Source: Diadema antillarum (Eukaryota). From it: 64,000 nucleotides of DNA. Where the stretch lies: contig NW_027271662.1 of assembly GCF_040938485.1 (NCBI RefSeq), forward strand, positions 496,001 through 560,000. The letters run 5' to 3'. The translations under genes were made by a program, and so were the position numbers. Positions 36,121-49,225 of this stretch are shown here, one piece after another. The notes beneath the pieces are model-generated. The model was given only the letters and a program-made list of their open reading frames with translations, ran no database searches and was not told the DNA's origin. How positions within the stretch are numbered: the stretch's first letter is position 1; each line of letters starts with the position of its first letter.

Positions 36121-36552
36121 GACTATCTACTTACAAAATGTACAGAGATATTCAAAGGCCTATACATTATCAAATTGAAGCCAAATGAGAGAGAGAGAAA
36201 GAAGAAACCATGGGGCAGAGAGACACTATTGAAACAGACAATATGCATTGTATTTCACTCATTACTCATCGCTTTCTTATTTATTGCTATTAATTATTAT
36301 TTCATATTTTCATTTTTTACACGTCTGAGACTCTATGCCTTTTCAAGCCTTTGTCGAAAGGAGTGTAATGTAAATTATGCCCAACCTGGAAGGGGGGGGG
36401 GGGGGGGGGGATTGGTCAATTCTTGGTTGAGCTCTAAGCACGCATAAGCGGTCACACATGAGGCCAGGTCCGGAAATGAGAAGTGAGAACTTCAACACTT
36501 CACGGCTTATACTACGGGAGGGCTTGTTCAGGGTCGAAAGGGGGTGCAAGGA

Positions 36553-36585
<33 letters not shown>

Positions 36586-37649
36586 ATATGTGAGTATTAT
36601 GTGCCTAAGTATGTGGGAGGAAATACCAGCTCATTGTGTAATAAGGTGCCTGTGTAGGTTAGTCACGCAGTATGGACTTAATAGTACGAAGATCTTGGTT
36701 AGTGCCACATTCTATTGGCATTGCCAAGGGGCAAGACAGTAAACCACTTCGCTTATTGGTGATACAAAGAGCACATGAATGTTGTACACCATGCGTCATT
36801 GAGCTTGTAGGATGAATTTCAGATAGTGACTTATCCAAACCGCTTCTCGCCTAGCTAGCTGCCACGGGAAGTTTTATCAATTTTCTGATTAGATTATGTA
36901 CCCCTGGCGTACACTGAACCCGGTCTCCCTACGGATGTGCCCATGCCTTCAGTTTGTCGCACATACTGCTCCCAGCTTCATACAACAGCTCCTCAAGACG
37001 CTACAACATGACCTTGATAGAGTGGAGGAACCCATGAATGCGTACACCATCTTCTGCGAGCGCTTTGGAAGTATTAAAGTCAAGACACCCTGGACGACTA
37101 TATTCAACTCTTAAAATTAACTTCTCCCCACCTTGTACTTCTGCGAGGAGATAAGCCACTTTCCGAGGAGTTTGACTGCGATATCTATCCGGATAACTAG
37201 TGGAGTTAATACAAGTGAACTAATTAAAAACGTAAGTTGGCAAAACTCCGAGGATATAGTGTAAATATCGCACATCGCAGCAGAGTTGTATTAAGCAGGG
37301 AGGTCTCTTCCACCCCACTGGTTGTATTGAAAGGGTACTAATTGGTGAGTAAGACGAACCTGGTTACCACGCACAACATCGAGAAACAAAATCGTCATTT
37401 TTTTTAAAATTTATCTTCGCGTCTTTGGATACAGAAGAAGCATAGCTTACTTCGGTGCTTGACTCGAACTATATGCAAATACAGTTTGTAAAGCACCAAT
37501 TTGTCGTAAGAATTGAGGGGTTCATATAGGGAGAACTTCTCAATTACGGTTCAAGAAATCTATTTCGTTGCTCTCATCGGTTGATAAATAATTGCACGCA
37601 GTCATGAACTTGAAGTAATCTTCAGTGGCATCGAAGGTTACAGACTTGG

Positions 37650-37871
37650 CAATTCTATGCTCACCACGTAAGAGTTCTTATGGAATGAACAATGCCTTCT
37701 GCGGCTACCGTTGAATAAGTTGGGGGCCAGCGTCTTTCAGTGATAGGAGAGGGGGAAATTTTTTCGTACATGGGCACAGGCGAGGGAAGGGGGAAAAATT
37801 CGACTTGACGTGTTTCGCTTTGTGACCTTTTTCTGATTGGGTTCTTCCCTTGCAAACTTCCGTACGTTGAG
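37650..37871 (+). promoter_or_regulatory. CpG-rich promoter / 5' region of the second gene
   Basis: CpG-rich and GC-rich, reverse CCAAT (CTGATTGG) and a TGACGT motif upstream of ATG 37872. CpG density collapses after 38300. Confidence 0.5.
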
Positions 37872-38282
37872 ATGGTTGAGTCACCGTCGCGCGCGGAGCG
37901 CGAGAGTGGAGGCAGCAGGAGCGCCGATGAAAACGAGGACAGCGTTCCTCGCTTGCCAACCGCTGCAGACCACAGGAGAAGTAGCTCATATCAATCCAAG
38001 ATGGCGAGGTATTATGAGCTTAGCACAGACGAGCAAATATGGGTGATGATTCGCGTGAAACAGGGTCTCATGACCATGGAAGATGCTTTGGAATATGTCC
38101 GGAGCCAGCACGAGCAGGACGGCAAGGCATCCGCGGATCCACGGTGTCCTACCGGTCCCGGTCCGGGTGGGGGAGTACCAGGTGGTGGAGGTGGAGGAGG
38201 CGACGGGAAAGAGCCGCTGCTGCCCCCTGGGTCGCCGCCCAGCCGAACTCGCAACTCCGCACCAATGCGCACTCTCTCACAG
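37872..38282 (+). CDS. Probable first coding exon of a large gene; disordered N-terminus with a SASH1/SLy-like helical motif
   Basis: 137 codons, GC-rich codon usage, YELSTDEQIWVMIRVKQGLMTMEDALEYVRSQ resembles SASH1 [31 protein letters not shown]. Donor CAG|GTAGCT is only moderate. Confidence 0.75.
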
Positions 38283-39756
38283 GTAGCTCAGCATCTCCTT
38301 GTTCTAGCATATAATACTGGTATTATCTTACATCAATAGTGACTTTTATGGGATTGTTTGTTACTTTTCATGACTGAAACAGTCACCAAAGCATGAAAAG
38401 AACCTACCACGTTCTCCCTGATAATCACTCACCACCCTGGATTTTAAGGAACAGGAGCATACCTCCTCCAATGCCAATGGGAAGGTTATTACCAGGCACT
38501 TAGATCCTTTCAGAACAGATTAAAGGATTAAAGTCACTCATGTCCCATATGCCTGTGGAATACCTGACAATGCCTGATTTACCTTTTTTTTTAAATTTCC
38601 TTTTCCTTTAATACACACTAATATACACTAATGTGACTATAGTGATTGACCAATTTGAGGTCCTAGGAATAGACATGATTGAAGCACAGTCATGTCTATG
38701 TCTTCAGCAGATGAATGTTTAAAATAAATTTACTGATAGCACAATGCCTCATCAAGCTATTGTAGACATCCCTTCTGATTTCTAAACCTTGCATTGTGTC
38801 TTATTTTTAGGATGGAAAGAACAGGAAGTGTTTTACTATTGATGATGACTTTTCAAACCTGTGTGAGATTGTATCACCTTAAAGCAGCTCTTGTGCTAAC
38901 ATTATGTTCTGAATCATGCACATCGTCATAATTGTTTTTCTCTGTTGTTTGTGTTTAGATACATTCAAAGAAATTGTTCTATGTCTGCTTTTATAAGATG
39001 ATACAATATACTATTCCATTGTCAGTTGGAATGTTAGACATTTGTTGCATGCATTTGGTTATGACTTTCAGGTATTTTCAAAACAAATGAAAGTTTATAT
39101 ACAAGCAGAGATCTTAAAGAGAGTGAAGTAATCTATTCGAATTTTAAATGGAATATCCCTATTCTTTTTGTTGATCTATTTCCATTTGGTTGATATCTTG
39201 TTTTATTGTTTTTTTTTTCCTGTGGGCAAAGTCCTATCTTAGAAATAAGCAAATAACTATTGAGAACTTTGTTACACAGATTTAACAGTTGTGACTGATC
39301 CTTTCAAACAAAATGGAAAGGAAATTATACATCCTTTGAGTCCAGACTATATGAGACAGAATCCCCCTTTTAACCATAATCCTGAGTAGTGCTGCAACCA
39401 GGTGGCTGTCATTGCAGTGTCATCATTGAAGTGGCTCCAGAGGTATCAGACAGCACCTCTCTTACCCCCATACCCTGTTATCCCTGTACCCCCTCCTTCT
39501 TCATGATGTCACTGTTTGGACTAGTCACCTCAGTGTCTGCTTGCTACGCTTTAATCACAGGTGCAAGCTGAGGCCTGTTGCATTAAAAAAAAGGATACAT
39601 TTGATATCAAAATGAAGTCAAATGTATGTCCTTAATACTTGATTCTGATTGGTTGAAAGTGAGTCATGTTTGATTTTTAATGTTGTATATCAGACATTTG
39701 TGTGTGTGTGTGTGTGTGTGCAACAGGCCTTATCTGGATGCATGAGTTTGTAAAAC

Positions 39757-40048
39757 TACTCTCTAAAAAAAATTGAGTGAAAATTTTCACTCTAAAAAGA
39801 GTGAATACAAAAAAGAGTGAATTCGAGTGAAATTGGAGTGAATTTTGAGTGAAAAAGCTCATTTTCACTCATTTTGGAGTGACGTCAGGGATCACTCCAA
39901 AATCTTCGAGTGATCCCTGACGTCACTCCAAAATGAGTGAAAATGAGCATTTTCACTCAAAATTCACTCCAATTTCACTCGAAATTCACTCTTTTTTGTA
40001 TTCACTCTTTTTAGAGTGAATATTTTCACTCAATTTTTTTAGAGAGTA
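39757..40048. mobile_element. Near-perfect 292-bp palindromic CACTA-like MITE built from CACTC/GAGTG repeats
   Basis: ~141-bp arms and a 10-nt loop (39898-39907); termini TACTCTCTAAAAAAAATTGAGTG. Confidence 0.9.
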
Positions 40049-40916
40049 CTGTGAATGCTGTCAAGCACCAATCACATGATCCAAAGTGATAGGTGTTTGT
40101 GTTTACCTTGCCCGAATATTTGTAATTATTTTGAGTAAGTGTCCTTACAAAAAGAAAGAACTAATTCACTAAATTGCTTCTTGACCCTTCATTTAACAAG
40201 TTCTGCAAATATGGGTTTTAAAACAAGAATATAAACATATTGATAACAGACTAAAACACTAATTATTGGTTGTGAATAGTATCATAATCATCTACCTTCT
40301 AATTAAACATGGTTCATCTCTTAAGAAGTGGTATGATTCTGACTAACATTGCTGGTTTTACTAACCTCTGAGACTGGTGTTATTGAATAGTTGAATAGCA
40401 ATATATAGATTTAATGGAAACCACTGTATTCACTGCGCTAAATGCCCTGACACTTTTATTATTAATGCTGACAATGCAGATACGGATTCAGGTTTGATAT
40501 AGAGACAGGATTATATGAAATTTCTCTCATTTTCTCATTGTGTGTATATTTCTCCTCTTGAAAGTACATTACTTAAGACCAGACATAACTATTATAGGTC
40601 TAGTATGTTTGTGTGTATTTGTTGTATTTGACAAATATGTTGCATATGGTGTTGAATAGTCATGATAATGAATATCACTAGCAAATTTTCAAGGTATTTT
40701 ACATTCTGAAAAGGAAGTGGGATGATTATAGTTGCAAGTCAATGTTGCTGTTGCTGTTAGTGGTAGTGTTGCGTTTTGCATGTTTTGCATGTCTCCAGTC
40801 TACTAAATCCAGTTTTGAATCTGAAGAAGTTTTTATAAACTTTATCATCTGTGTATACAAAAAGCTAGTCAGTCCATTTTCAGGGGGGAGGCCTACCATT
40901 CTGATTGAATGTGTAA

Positions 40917-40991
40917 CCTGTTGAGGACGAGTCCCGAGTATACTCGGGCAAGTGTCTATGGGAAATGCGTGTTCAGTCCGTCCTCAACGGG
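40917..40991 (+). mobile_element. piggyBac-like mini-MITE, family T copy 1
   Basis: GTAA|CCTGTTGAGGACG ... CGTCCTCAACGGG|TTAA with internal palindrome CCCGAGTATACTCGGG. Confidence 0.8.
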
Positions 40992-42595
40992 TTAATTATC
41001 AAGTTGTAGCGTCGCCTATTGTGATGTGGACGTTAGAAAGTCATGCAAATGGAGAGCTGTAACTTCATTTAACTGTGTCATAACCACTGGCAATTTGTGT
41101 TACATAGAATGTTTATGGAGTTCCTAAAAGATGGTGTTCAGAGGGTTAGACTGTTGCATTCCATAGAGCCTGTGCATGTGGGTAGAGAGGTTGGGACCTT
41201 GTGGAATGGACAGTACATCAACAGGTGACTATCTGGTGCTGTGTACATCTTGCTCATCCCCAGGTGCCATGCACTGATTCAGTGTGAATTACACATTAAG
41301 TGCTGCATGTTGTCGGAAGAGGGAGGGACAGAAACATGTGTTGTGTCACTGGGGAAAAAAGGTCTCGTGGGATGAATTACTGGGTTAGCCATCTGTGCAC
41401 CTGAATGACACAAGGACATTCTTCTTTTCTTTTAAGCCCAACTATTGTCTGGAACTTGCTCTAGGTGTTTTTGGTAATATCTTGTGACTGATGTAGACAC
41501 TGAAATCAAATAGTCACATATTTATCATTCATGAAATTAAGAAGTTTTGATTGTTTTGTTTTGTTTTGTTTGTTTGTTTTATCAATACAGTGTAGCTTCT
41601 CAGAGATTAAGGCTGTACCCATGTTGCTTCAATTTGGTGACATGGTCTTGCTGATTTTTTTTCTTTAAATAGCAGAACTATGAGCAATGGTAAATTCAGT
41701 TTTATTACCTGTCCCGGGGAGGGGGGGGGGGGGATGAATAAAATGGCATTAAGAAGGAAATGTTATAATGTTGAAAAAACTGAGCTTCTTCTAATCATCA
41801 CCTTCCCTTCATATGCTGAACAAATCAATATCAATGCTTTGCATACCCAGTATCGTTATCATTGGCACGTACTGTTTTCCTGGGATCAATTGTGTTTTCG
41901 TTGTATACAATGTGCCAGGTTTGTGCATAGAACATGCACGCTGTCAGTGTTGTGCTGTGTTTAGCCCTTGACAGAGGGATGTGTGCATAGTACTTCTAGG
42001 CAGATCAGAACAGGTGACAGGTAATGCCCGTGTCTGCAAAAGCGGCAGGAGTCAGGGTGAGAAAGCAAGTTTGACGAGATCCGCCGAGGCGAATTAGCGA
42101 CCGATGAAGTGGCTCGTTTTCGCTGGTTAACCGCGAGCTTTTGGGTGGGACTAATGCCAGCTGACTCCCTCCTTCAGGCCAAAGGGACTACTGTGTGACG
42201 GGTAGTGTATGTGTATCCAAGATCAGTGCCTGTACTTTGCATGTCGTTTACAAATTAGTGCCCTTTGAAGCTTTCACACCAATGCTCTCTTTGACTTAAT
42301 TCACTTACTCTGTAGGTCTATTTGTTTCATGTTGGTCATTTGGGAAGTCTCAATGTGTAGAAGCTTACCATACAACTTACTTGTACCTTTCTTGAAAGTA
42401 ATGGACTGCAGGGGTCCATTACAACAAAATTTGCAAATACCATCGTGACCAAGAAATCTTGAATTATTATGATCAACCTGCATATTATATGCTGTGTTCA
42501 TGATGAGATGATTTAAGTTGTACTACAATGTCAATGTAATCATCAAGTAAGTACCGGTATATGAAGAGAACATTACTTTTTTTTTTGTCTCAGTG

Positions 42596-43126
42596 CAGGG
42601 TGCTACATAACTTTATTTTACCACTTGCTCAGTCGGACAAGCAGATTTTCAAATTTGTCGTGAAACACTTGCCCAAATTGAAATATTAATTTTACTTGCC
42701 CAAAAAGAAAGTCCAAAATATAATGAAATAATATGGAAAATCATGTGTTAGTCAAGGGCTAAATAAAACACAATAATTTGAATAAACAGTACACATTGAT
42801 TCGTACGCTTAAATGGAGTAGCAAACTTGGTCCGATCAAGTGTTGCAATTGCACTGCATTGGGGCTTCTTTATAAAGTGTTGGAAAGTTGCTGAAATGAG
42901 ATATAAAGTGTGTTGCATCACTAAACAGCCATTATCTTTGAGCTTCTGTATGGTTGATTATGTGGGCTTGTAGGGGGGAATAAGTGAAAATTTAGGGTGG
43001 CTTTAAAACTTTTTGCTTGCCCAATTTGGGCAAGCATTTGATCTCATTGTTCAAAAACACTTGCCCGAATTTGATTTTCACTTGCCCTGGGCAATCGGGC
43101 AAGTGCTTAACAAATATAGCACCTTG
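42596..43126. mobile_element. hAT-like MITE with CTTGCCC/GGGCAAG subterminal motifs
   Basis: CAGGGTGCTACATA vs ATATAGCACCTTG; many CTTGCCC motifs near both ends; flanks TCAGTG/TCAGAG. Confidence 0.6.
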
Positions 43127-44089
43127 TCAGAGGTTTTGTGAAAAAGAAATGTGGGCAAAAAGGCAGGCCTGCCCTTCCCAATCCAGGCCATACAATGACT
43201 CCAACTCCTCATATTCATATTTACAGTGACATGGAGTTATCAACATCCAATCCACTGGAAGCAATTCAGTGGTAATTGTCATGGGATCTCTGAAATTTAA
43301 ATATCATATACAAATGTCAGCAAAAGCCATAGTGTAAATCATAGTCTTCATGTTTGCTTGTAGGAAGTAGGAAAATCATCTACAGTGCACTCTCAGTATA
43401 ATGAACAAAGTTAAAGTGAAAATTTCATTACAAAAAAGTACAAATTGAGGACCCAAAATTATCATGTAGATCTATATAATATATTCATATACTTTATTGT
43501 TTTAATAGCTATTAACAAAATTTTGATAAAATGAATGAAAACTGCCACTCCAAGGACTTCATTATAAGCGATGTCTCTTTTGGTATTGAAAGATACCCAC
43601 AAAATACAGATCTACTATAAGTGAATGTAAAAAAAAAAAAGAAAATTACTCATGAACAATAGCTTTTCAATGTTGCATGCAATGATGGGTGATTTTGCAA
43701 CATTTCACAGGAATCCTGTCTTTCCTCTGTCTGTTCCACAAAGTCAAAGTGGTAAGAACTTTGCTGAACTTAGAGATGAGATATTTATCTCAGATAGTCA
43801 AATCAAAAGTTAGACTTTGTAAGCCGGACGCTTATCTAATGCAATACTATATCTCTGATATATGCGTATGTGTATCACTTTTGAGAAACTCGCTTGCTCA
43901 TTTACCATTGTCTTTTTAAATTCGACTTCAATTTATTGTTGTCATGCTTCATATTTCATGCATCATGTAATATTTGTAACTGTTTAAAAAACATAATTTG
44001 TATATTTATGACATTACAAAAAAAAGGAAGAAATACATGATGTGATTGTATTATGCTAATTAATGTCATGCAGTGATAAAGCAATTTAA

Positions 44090-44175
44090 CGCATTGAGGA
44101 CAGGCTGATTTTTACTACAACATGCATTTTCCATAGACACCTGCCCAAGTATACATGGGACTCGTCTTCAAAGGG
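44090..44175 (-). mobile_element. piggyBac-like mini-MITE, family T copy 2 (inverted)
   Basis: TTAA|CGCATTGAGGAC ... GTCTTCAAAGGG|TTAA. Confidence 0.75.
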
Positions 44176-47100
44176 TTAATTCAAGAGAAAACTTAATATA
44201 GAACCTACATGAAAATGAAATCATATAGGGTGGTAGGATCCCAGAATGAGAGAATATTACCAATTTTGGAGAGCAGATATATTGTTTGACACAAAGTAAA
44301 CATAATACTGTTTCTAGAGATGGGAATAAAGGTATAAATACAGAAAGGAAAAGTGAAACAGCCATAATCCCATAGCTGTAAAGTTTTATTGATAAAAGTT
44401 TGCAAGAGGGACAGTACAAAGCTTTGATTGATAACATTTGAGAAAGAAGCACGTACAGTGATCTCGGGCAAGAAAATACTCCAGCCAGCTGTTGAAGTTT
44501 CCAAAGTATACCTATTATAGATCTTACACACATAAAAATGTGGACAGTTTGTGAGAGTGGATGAATATGATTGCAACTTATGGAAGAGCTACATGTGAGT
44601 AGGATGCTGCAAATTTGTATAATGATACATATTGTTGACACCCACACACAAATTCACATACTCTGTAAGACAATATCAATCTAAAGTTGAGCCGGAGATC
44701 CTTTCAAGGCAATGTTACATAATTCATTTTTAGACCATTCACAAAATTACACAAAAAAAAAATAATTCGAGCTTCTCATTACAGCTTATGATGATTGGAG
44801 TTCAAGCTAATTAGCATAGATTTTCGGGGAAGAAATGACACATTTTTGGCATCCTCCAATGAACCTGGTTCTATTTCCAGGAACAGGAAGAGTGCTAATC
44901 CCCCTCCACAACAAGCGCCCTCGCTTGGAGAGGCAAACCTGGACCCCCTTTCGTCCCCTTCCTTCAAGGAGGAGAAAAAAAATAATAATTCCAGAGGAAA
45001 TTAGTCAGGAAGTTGTCTGCCCAATGACAGAGCCCAACACCGTTGTGTGTCTCAGACTGTGGCACGCTCATGGCAGCGTGTTGCATAGAGAGTGCTGTCT
45101 GAAAGGTAGCATGGCAAGGCATGAATCAAAGAACAGATGCTTCGACACCTTCTGTTTCATGCAAATGGACATTACACCCTATGAGTTATCCTGAAAAAGC
45201 ATTTTCCCCCCGCAAGAGAGATAGAGATTGTAGAATTAAGTATTTACAATGTATGTCAATATATGCATCAGCATACTTCTGATTCAGTTTATCAATTCTG
45301 TCTAAACAATCTTCTTTAAAGAGAATTAGCTTACAAGTGTGGCAATGCATAAAACTGAGGGTGTGTCATGCACATAACTCATACAGATTTGCTTCACCAA
45401 TATATCTTATTTATCAATATCATGAAGGACAGTGTTTGATTAACATGCCTGTAGGACAGTCAATTTAGTTATGTCCATACATTGGCTTTGTTATTGCTAG
45501 TCTTCCTTTAAAAATCTTGGATTGATATCTCTCCTCTTTGATACATGTCGCACCATTTCCCTGAACACTATCACTTTATTGAAAGAGATTCTTCTTTATT
45601 GGAATAGGAAGCGGTCTTAGAAGACACCTCTTAGATAGAGATTCATAAAGATTCATTTTTGACGCCTTTACGTAGTTTTGATTACTATAATATAATTTTT
45701 AACCTTTCATTGACACGCACTTGTCATGCAGTGAGAAATATAGAAAAAAAAGTCATCAATTGAAGATCAATATATCTACCAGTAGTCAGAAGTAGACTGA
45801 AGTTACACCTCTCGGACATGAAAATTACCGCTGAAGAATATGCTCCACAAAAGTATCATTGGTGTCATGTTAAGAAAAGCTTTTCAAAAGAATATTTTTC
45901 TGAAGTATATGGACGTTATTTTCTTTATTTGTGGCTGGTATTAAACAGCACATGCTTCATCATAGGGATAAGCATTTACTACAATATCAGTCATATCAAA
46001 TTGTTTCACCCAGACTGTTTTGTGTGTTTTTCCATTTACTGTTCTTACTCATGTCAAAAACTTAAAGGAGTAGAGAGGCAATTTCCATGTCTTTAAGCTC
46101 ATATCAAAGAAGTGACCTGTACCCCATCATGCTCTTTCCTGTGTGTGTGTCATCTTGTTATGTGCTACTTTTTGCTATAATTTCATGTATTTGGGGGTGT
46201 CAGCATTATTTTTACCCTCCAGGATTCTTTTTTTTTTTCCCACAGGTCTGGATATCTAAATGCTAGGCTTCATTTTCAGTTGTAACTTTTTCATCAAATA
46301 TGTTGTAAAGCACAGAAAAACTAGTCTGCCCCAAGGAACTTTCATGGATGCACACTTCCCTATTTATAGTGGTTAGCTTTGGATCTCCTGTAAGTGGCCT
46401 TAGCACATGATTGCCATTTCTTCATCCCTGTTCACATCAAAGTTTTTTTTTTCTTTTCTTACATTTTTTTTTTTTTACAAAACAGCATCTGATTTGCCTC
46501 TTTCTGCCGTGTCCTTAAAGTCCCTCATCTCACGGAAGCATTGTAATTAATTCCTGAAGGAGGAAATATGCCAGTTTCCCTCACCCTCTCCCTCCCCGGT
46601 CAGAGAAGTTCGCATTTTTAGTATCTCATTCTCAGATCTGATATGACTTCAGACTCCAACGATGAATTCTACCTTGTTCTCAGGCCACTGCGACAATCTT
46701 TGTTCATGAACCTGAAGTGTGGAAAGATTTGTGCCTTTTTTTATCGGCAATTAATGTCCATTTCAATTTTACGCAAACTGTAGTATGCAGTTATTAGAAA
46801 AGTGTTGAAGTCGCAACTGTTACTTCCATAAATCCTTGAGGTTTGCTAGCATTCTTTCTTTCTTTTTTTTTTGTTGCAAATTGATGCTGAAAAAAGTAGA
46901 ACTACTTTTTATATTAGCTCTTTTGATTATGATAATTCTTAGCTGGCCATGCGTTGCATTTTACCTGGAAGGTTAAAGAACAGGAAAATATCCTTTCAAG
47001 TTTTTTTTTTCTTTTGCCATAATTCAATTTAAGGGTCATTTTTACTCAGAAAGTACACACAGAGAAATTAGGGTTCTTTTAGGGTTCTTATTTTCACCCT

Positions 47101-48600
47101 ACGAGCAAATCTAACTACGTGGCACCTTATAGGGTTCGGGATGGATGTAGGGGTGCAAATCCGAACCCTAAAGGGAGCCAAGTCTTAAGGGTTCGAATTT
47201 GGAACCATTCCATAGTCTTTCCCGAAAGCTGACATGTGGGTGTTGAATGGTGTTTGCTTAAAATGCCACACTATTTTTGGATATTATCGTATATTTTTAT
47301 TTGAAAATATAACTACACGTTGTTAAAGAGTAACAGTGTCATCAGTAATACTGTACTAAAAAATTTACTACTTGAATTAAACATTTGTTTTTTCTTCTCG
47401 CACCGGGATCAAGAATATCATTTCAATGACGTTATCATAGAGAGAAAGCAAACGAGTACAAGTACACGTATTATGCGTGCACGCGTGGACCGTTGAGCAC
47501 TTGGTCAATGGCAAAGCTAAAATTGCATGCGCACGCCACGCCGTAGGTCGCGCGGTATACGTACGTGCATACTACTGAAGTTCCTCGTTTGGAATGGACA
47601 GACGACCGTGAGGTTGGGGTGATGAATTAATCTTTTTGATGAGCCAAACGTTGTGAGTAGATAATTGTACTGTAATTCCGTTGAAAATATTTCACAGTAA
47701 TCGATGATGATATGTGTGAATTATGCTCATAGAATGCTGAGTGGTGAAAACTGATGCGAAAGAGTTGTATCGAGGTACATGTGTACTAACATGTCAGAAG
47801 TGCGATCATACCTACAGTAAAGCATAGCGAATAAGTCAATGAAAGTGCACGGTAATACGGAAAGCCTCAACCAAGGTACTAACTACGACCAACAGCCCCA
47901 TATGCATAGCGTAATTACGCTATGCGTATGGGGCTGCTGGACGCAGTTACCAAGGTATGTACGTAAATAGGTGACCGGATATAGTCGCATCATTTTCGTT
48001 AATGGGAATTATTACGTTTGAGCCGAGTTGAGGCTCAGTTGGATATTGGTTTCTGTGAAGTTGACAGAAAGAACGATGTATGCATGTATGATGTGCCTAA
48101 TGAAGAAAAATAGTGTTCCTGGTTCATTTAGGAGAATTTAAGACATGTATGAAGATGGGAAGTCAGAAAATTTAGGTTGGCCTTAACTCCTTGTTGTCTA
48201 TCAATGAAACTAGAATGTGTGTTATAAATTAGCAATGCCATAGTCACAGAGCATAAGCAATGATACACGATATGTGAATTTAGATAATATCCACTGGAGA
48301 AGTTGCATGTGCTAGACATGACATAAAATAAGTCACACAAACAAGGTATGTAATGTAAACGGTAAATCACTTCAGAAGTACAACCACTTGATCCCATACT
48401 TTAGCAGGTAGATACATGTAGGCCTATTCCAATATTGATTGTATGTTGAACTTTGTTTTATTCAATTACAGGTTGAACCTTGCTGATCCATGCTGATGCA
48501 TGGTGTTAGCTTGGTCTCATACTGGGCCAAAGGGACCTGTGTTTGATTGATTATTTATCATCGAGTTCGCTATGCATCAAGTTCAATAATGGTCTTCAGG

Positions 48601-48950
48601 ATGAGTGATGCAGGTCAACCTCGAGAGACTGGTGAGCCATATAGGATGCCAGAGCTGGAGATGGAAGATGTTCAGGATGTCAATCCTGGTTCCTCGTTGA
48701 GTCAGTGTGGAAGCCATGCCAGTTCTTCTGAGAGTGATGGCCTGAAGGGCATACTATTTGGCAGCTGAAGCAGCTGCTATAGAAACGCATCAAAAACTAG
48801 AGCTCGAGGAGTTTCGACTTATGCAGCGTAAGATGAGATTAGCTATGAGACCAAGCTGCAGGTTGCTGAAGCAGAGGAGCAGATATACCTTGACTACGAG
48901 AACAAGAAGTTGGGAGTCGGCTTTCCTGTGAAAGCAGAGGATGAAACCTT
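48601..48950 (+). mobile_element. BEL/Pao-like gag N-terminal remnant (frameshifted)
   Basis: Ser-rich SQCGSHASSS followed by coiled-coil LAAEAAAIETHQKLELEEFRLMQRKMR/YETKLQVAEAEEQIY, a pattern typical of BEL gag N-termini. Confidence 0.45.
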
Positions 48951-49139
48951 GCTGTATCCAACTGAATGCGCCAACCAACCAGTACACACGAGTACACCGA
49001 TTCCCTGACTAGAGAAGTAGCAAAAAAGTTATTTTCAAATTTTCTTTGACTTTTAGCAGATATAGTCCAAAAGCCAATAAGATCATCAGCATCATGTAGT
49101 ATCCCTGAACCAGGTTTGATGAAAGCCCATCAATCTTTC

Positions 49140-49225
49140 CGTAGATACATCCGTACAGACTGGGAGACAGACAGGCAACCTGAAAACATATGCCTCCGGC
49201 ACCATTCAGGGCGGAGGCATAATAA
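49140..49225 (+). mobile_element. Helentron-associated (HINE-like) element end
   Basis: (GACA)n-like stretch, then CCTGAAAACATATGCCTCCG...CGGAGGCATAA terminal hairpin. Confidence 0.4.

Noticed and set aside
36890-37330. ~140-codon minus-strand frame with three stops, and a plus-strand LQHDLDRVEE RT-like phrase
   Set aside because: Could be an old retroelement or pseudogene, but I could not match a family; the RT-like phrase lacks flanking motifs.
37705-38314. Overlapping ORFs on both strands at the CpG island
   Set aside because: GC-rich shadows of the 37872 exon.
44779-45194. Three overlapping ORFs with moderately protein-like composition
   Set aside because: No phase-compatible acceptor/donor pair linking them to 38282 and no recognisable homology.
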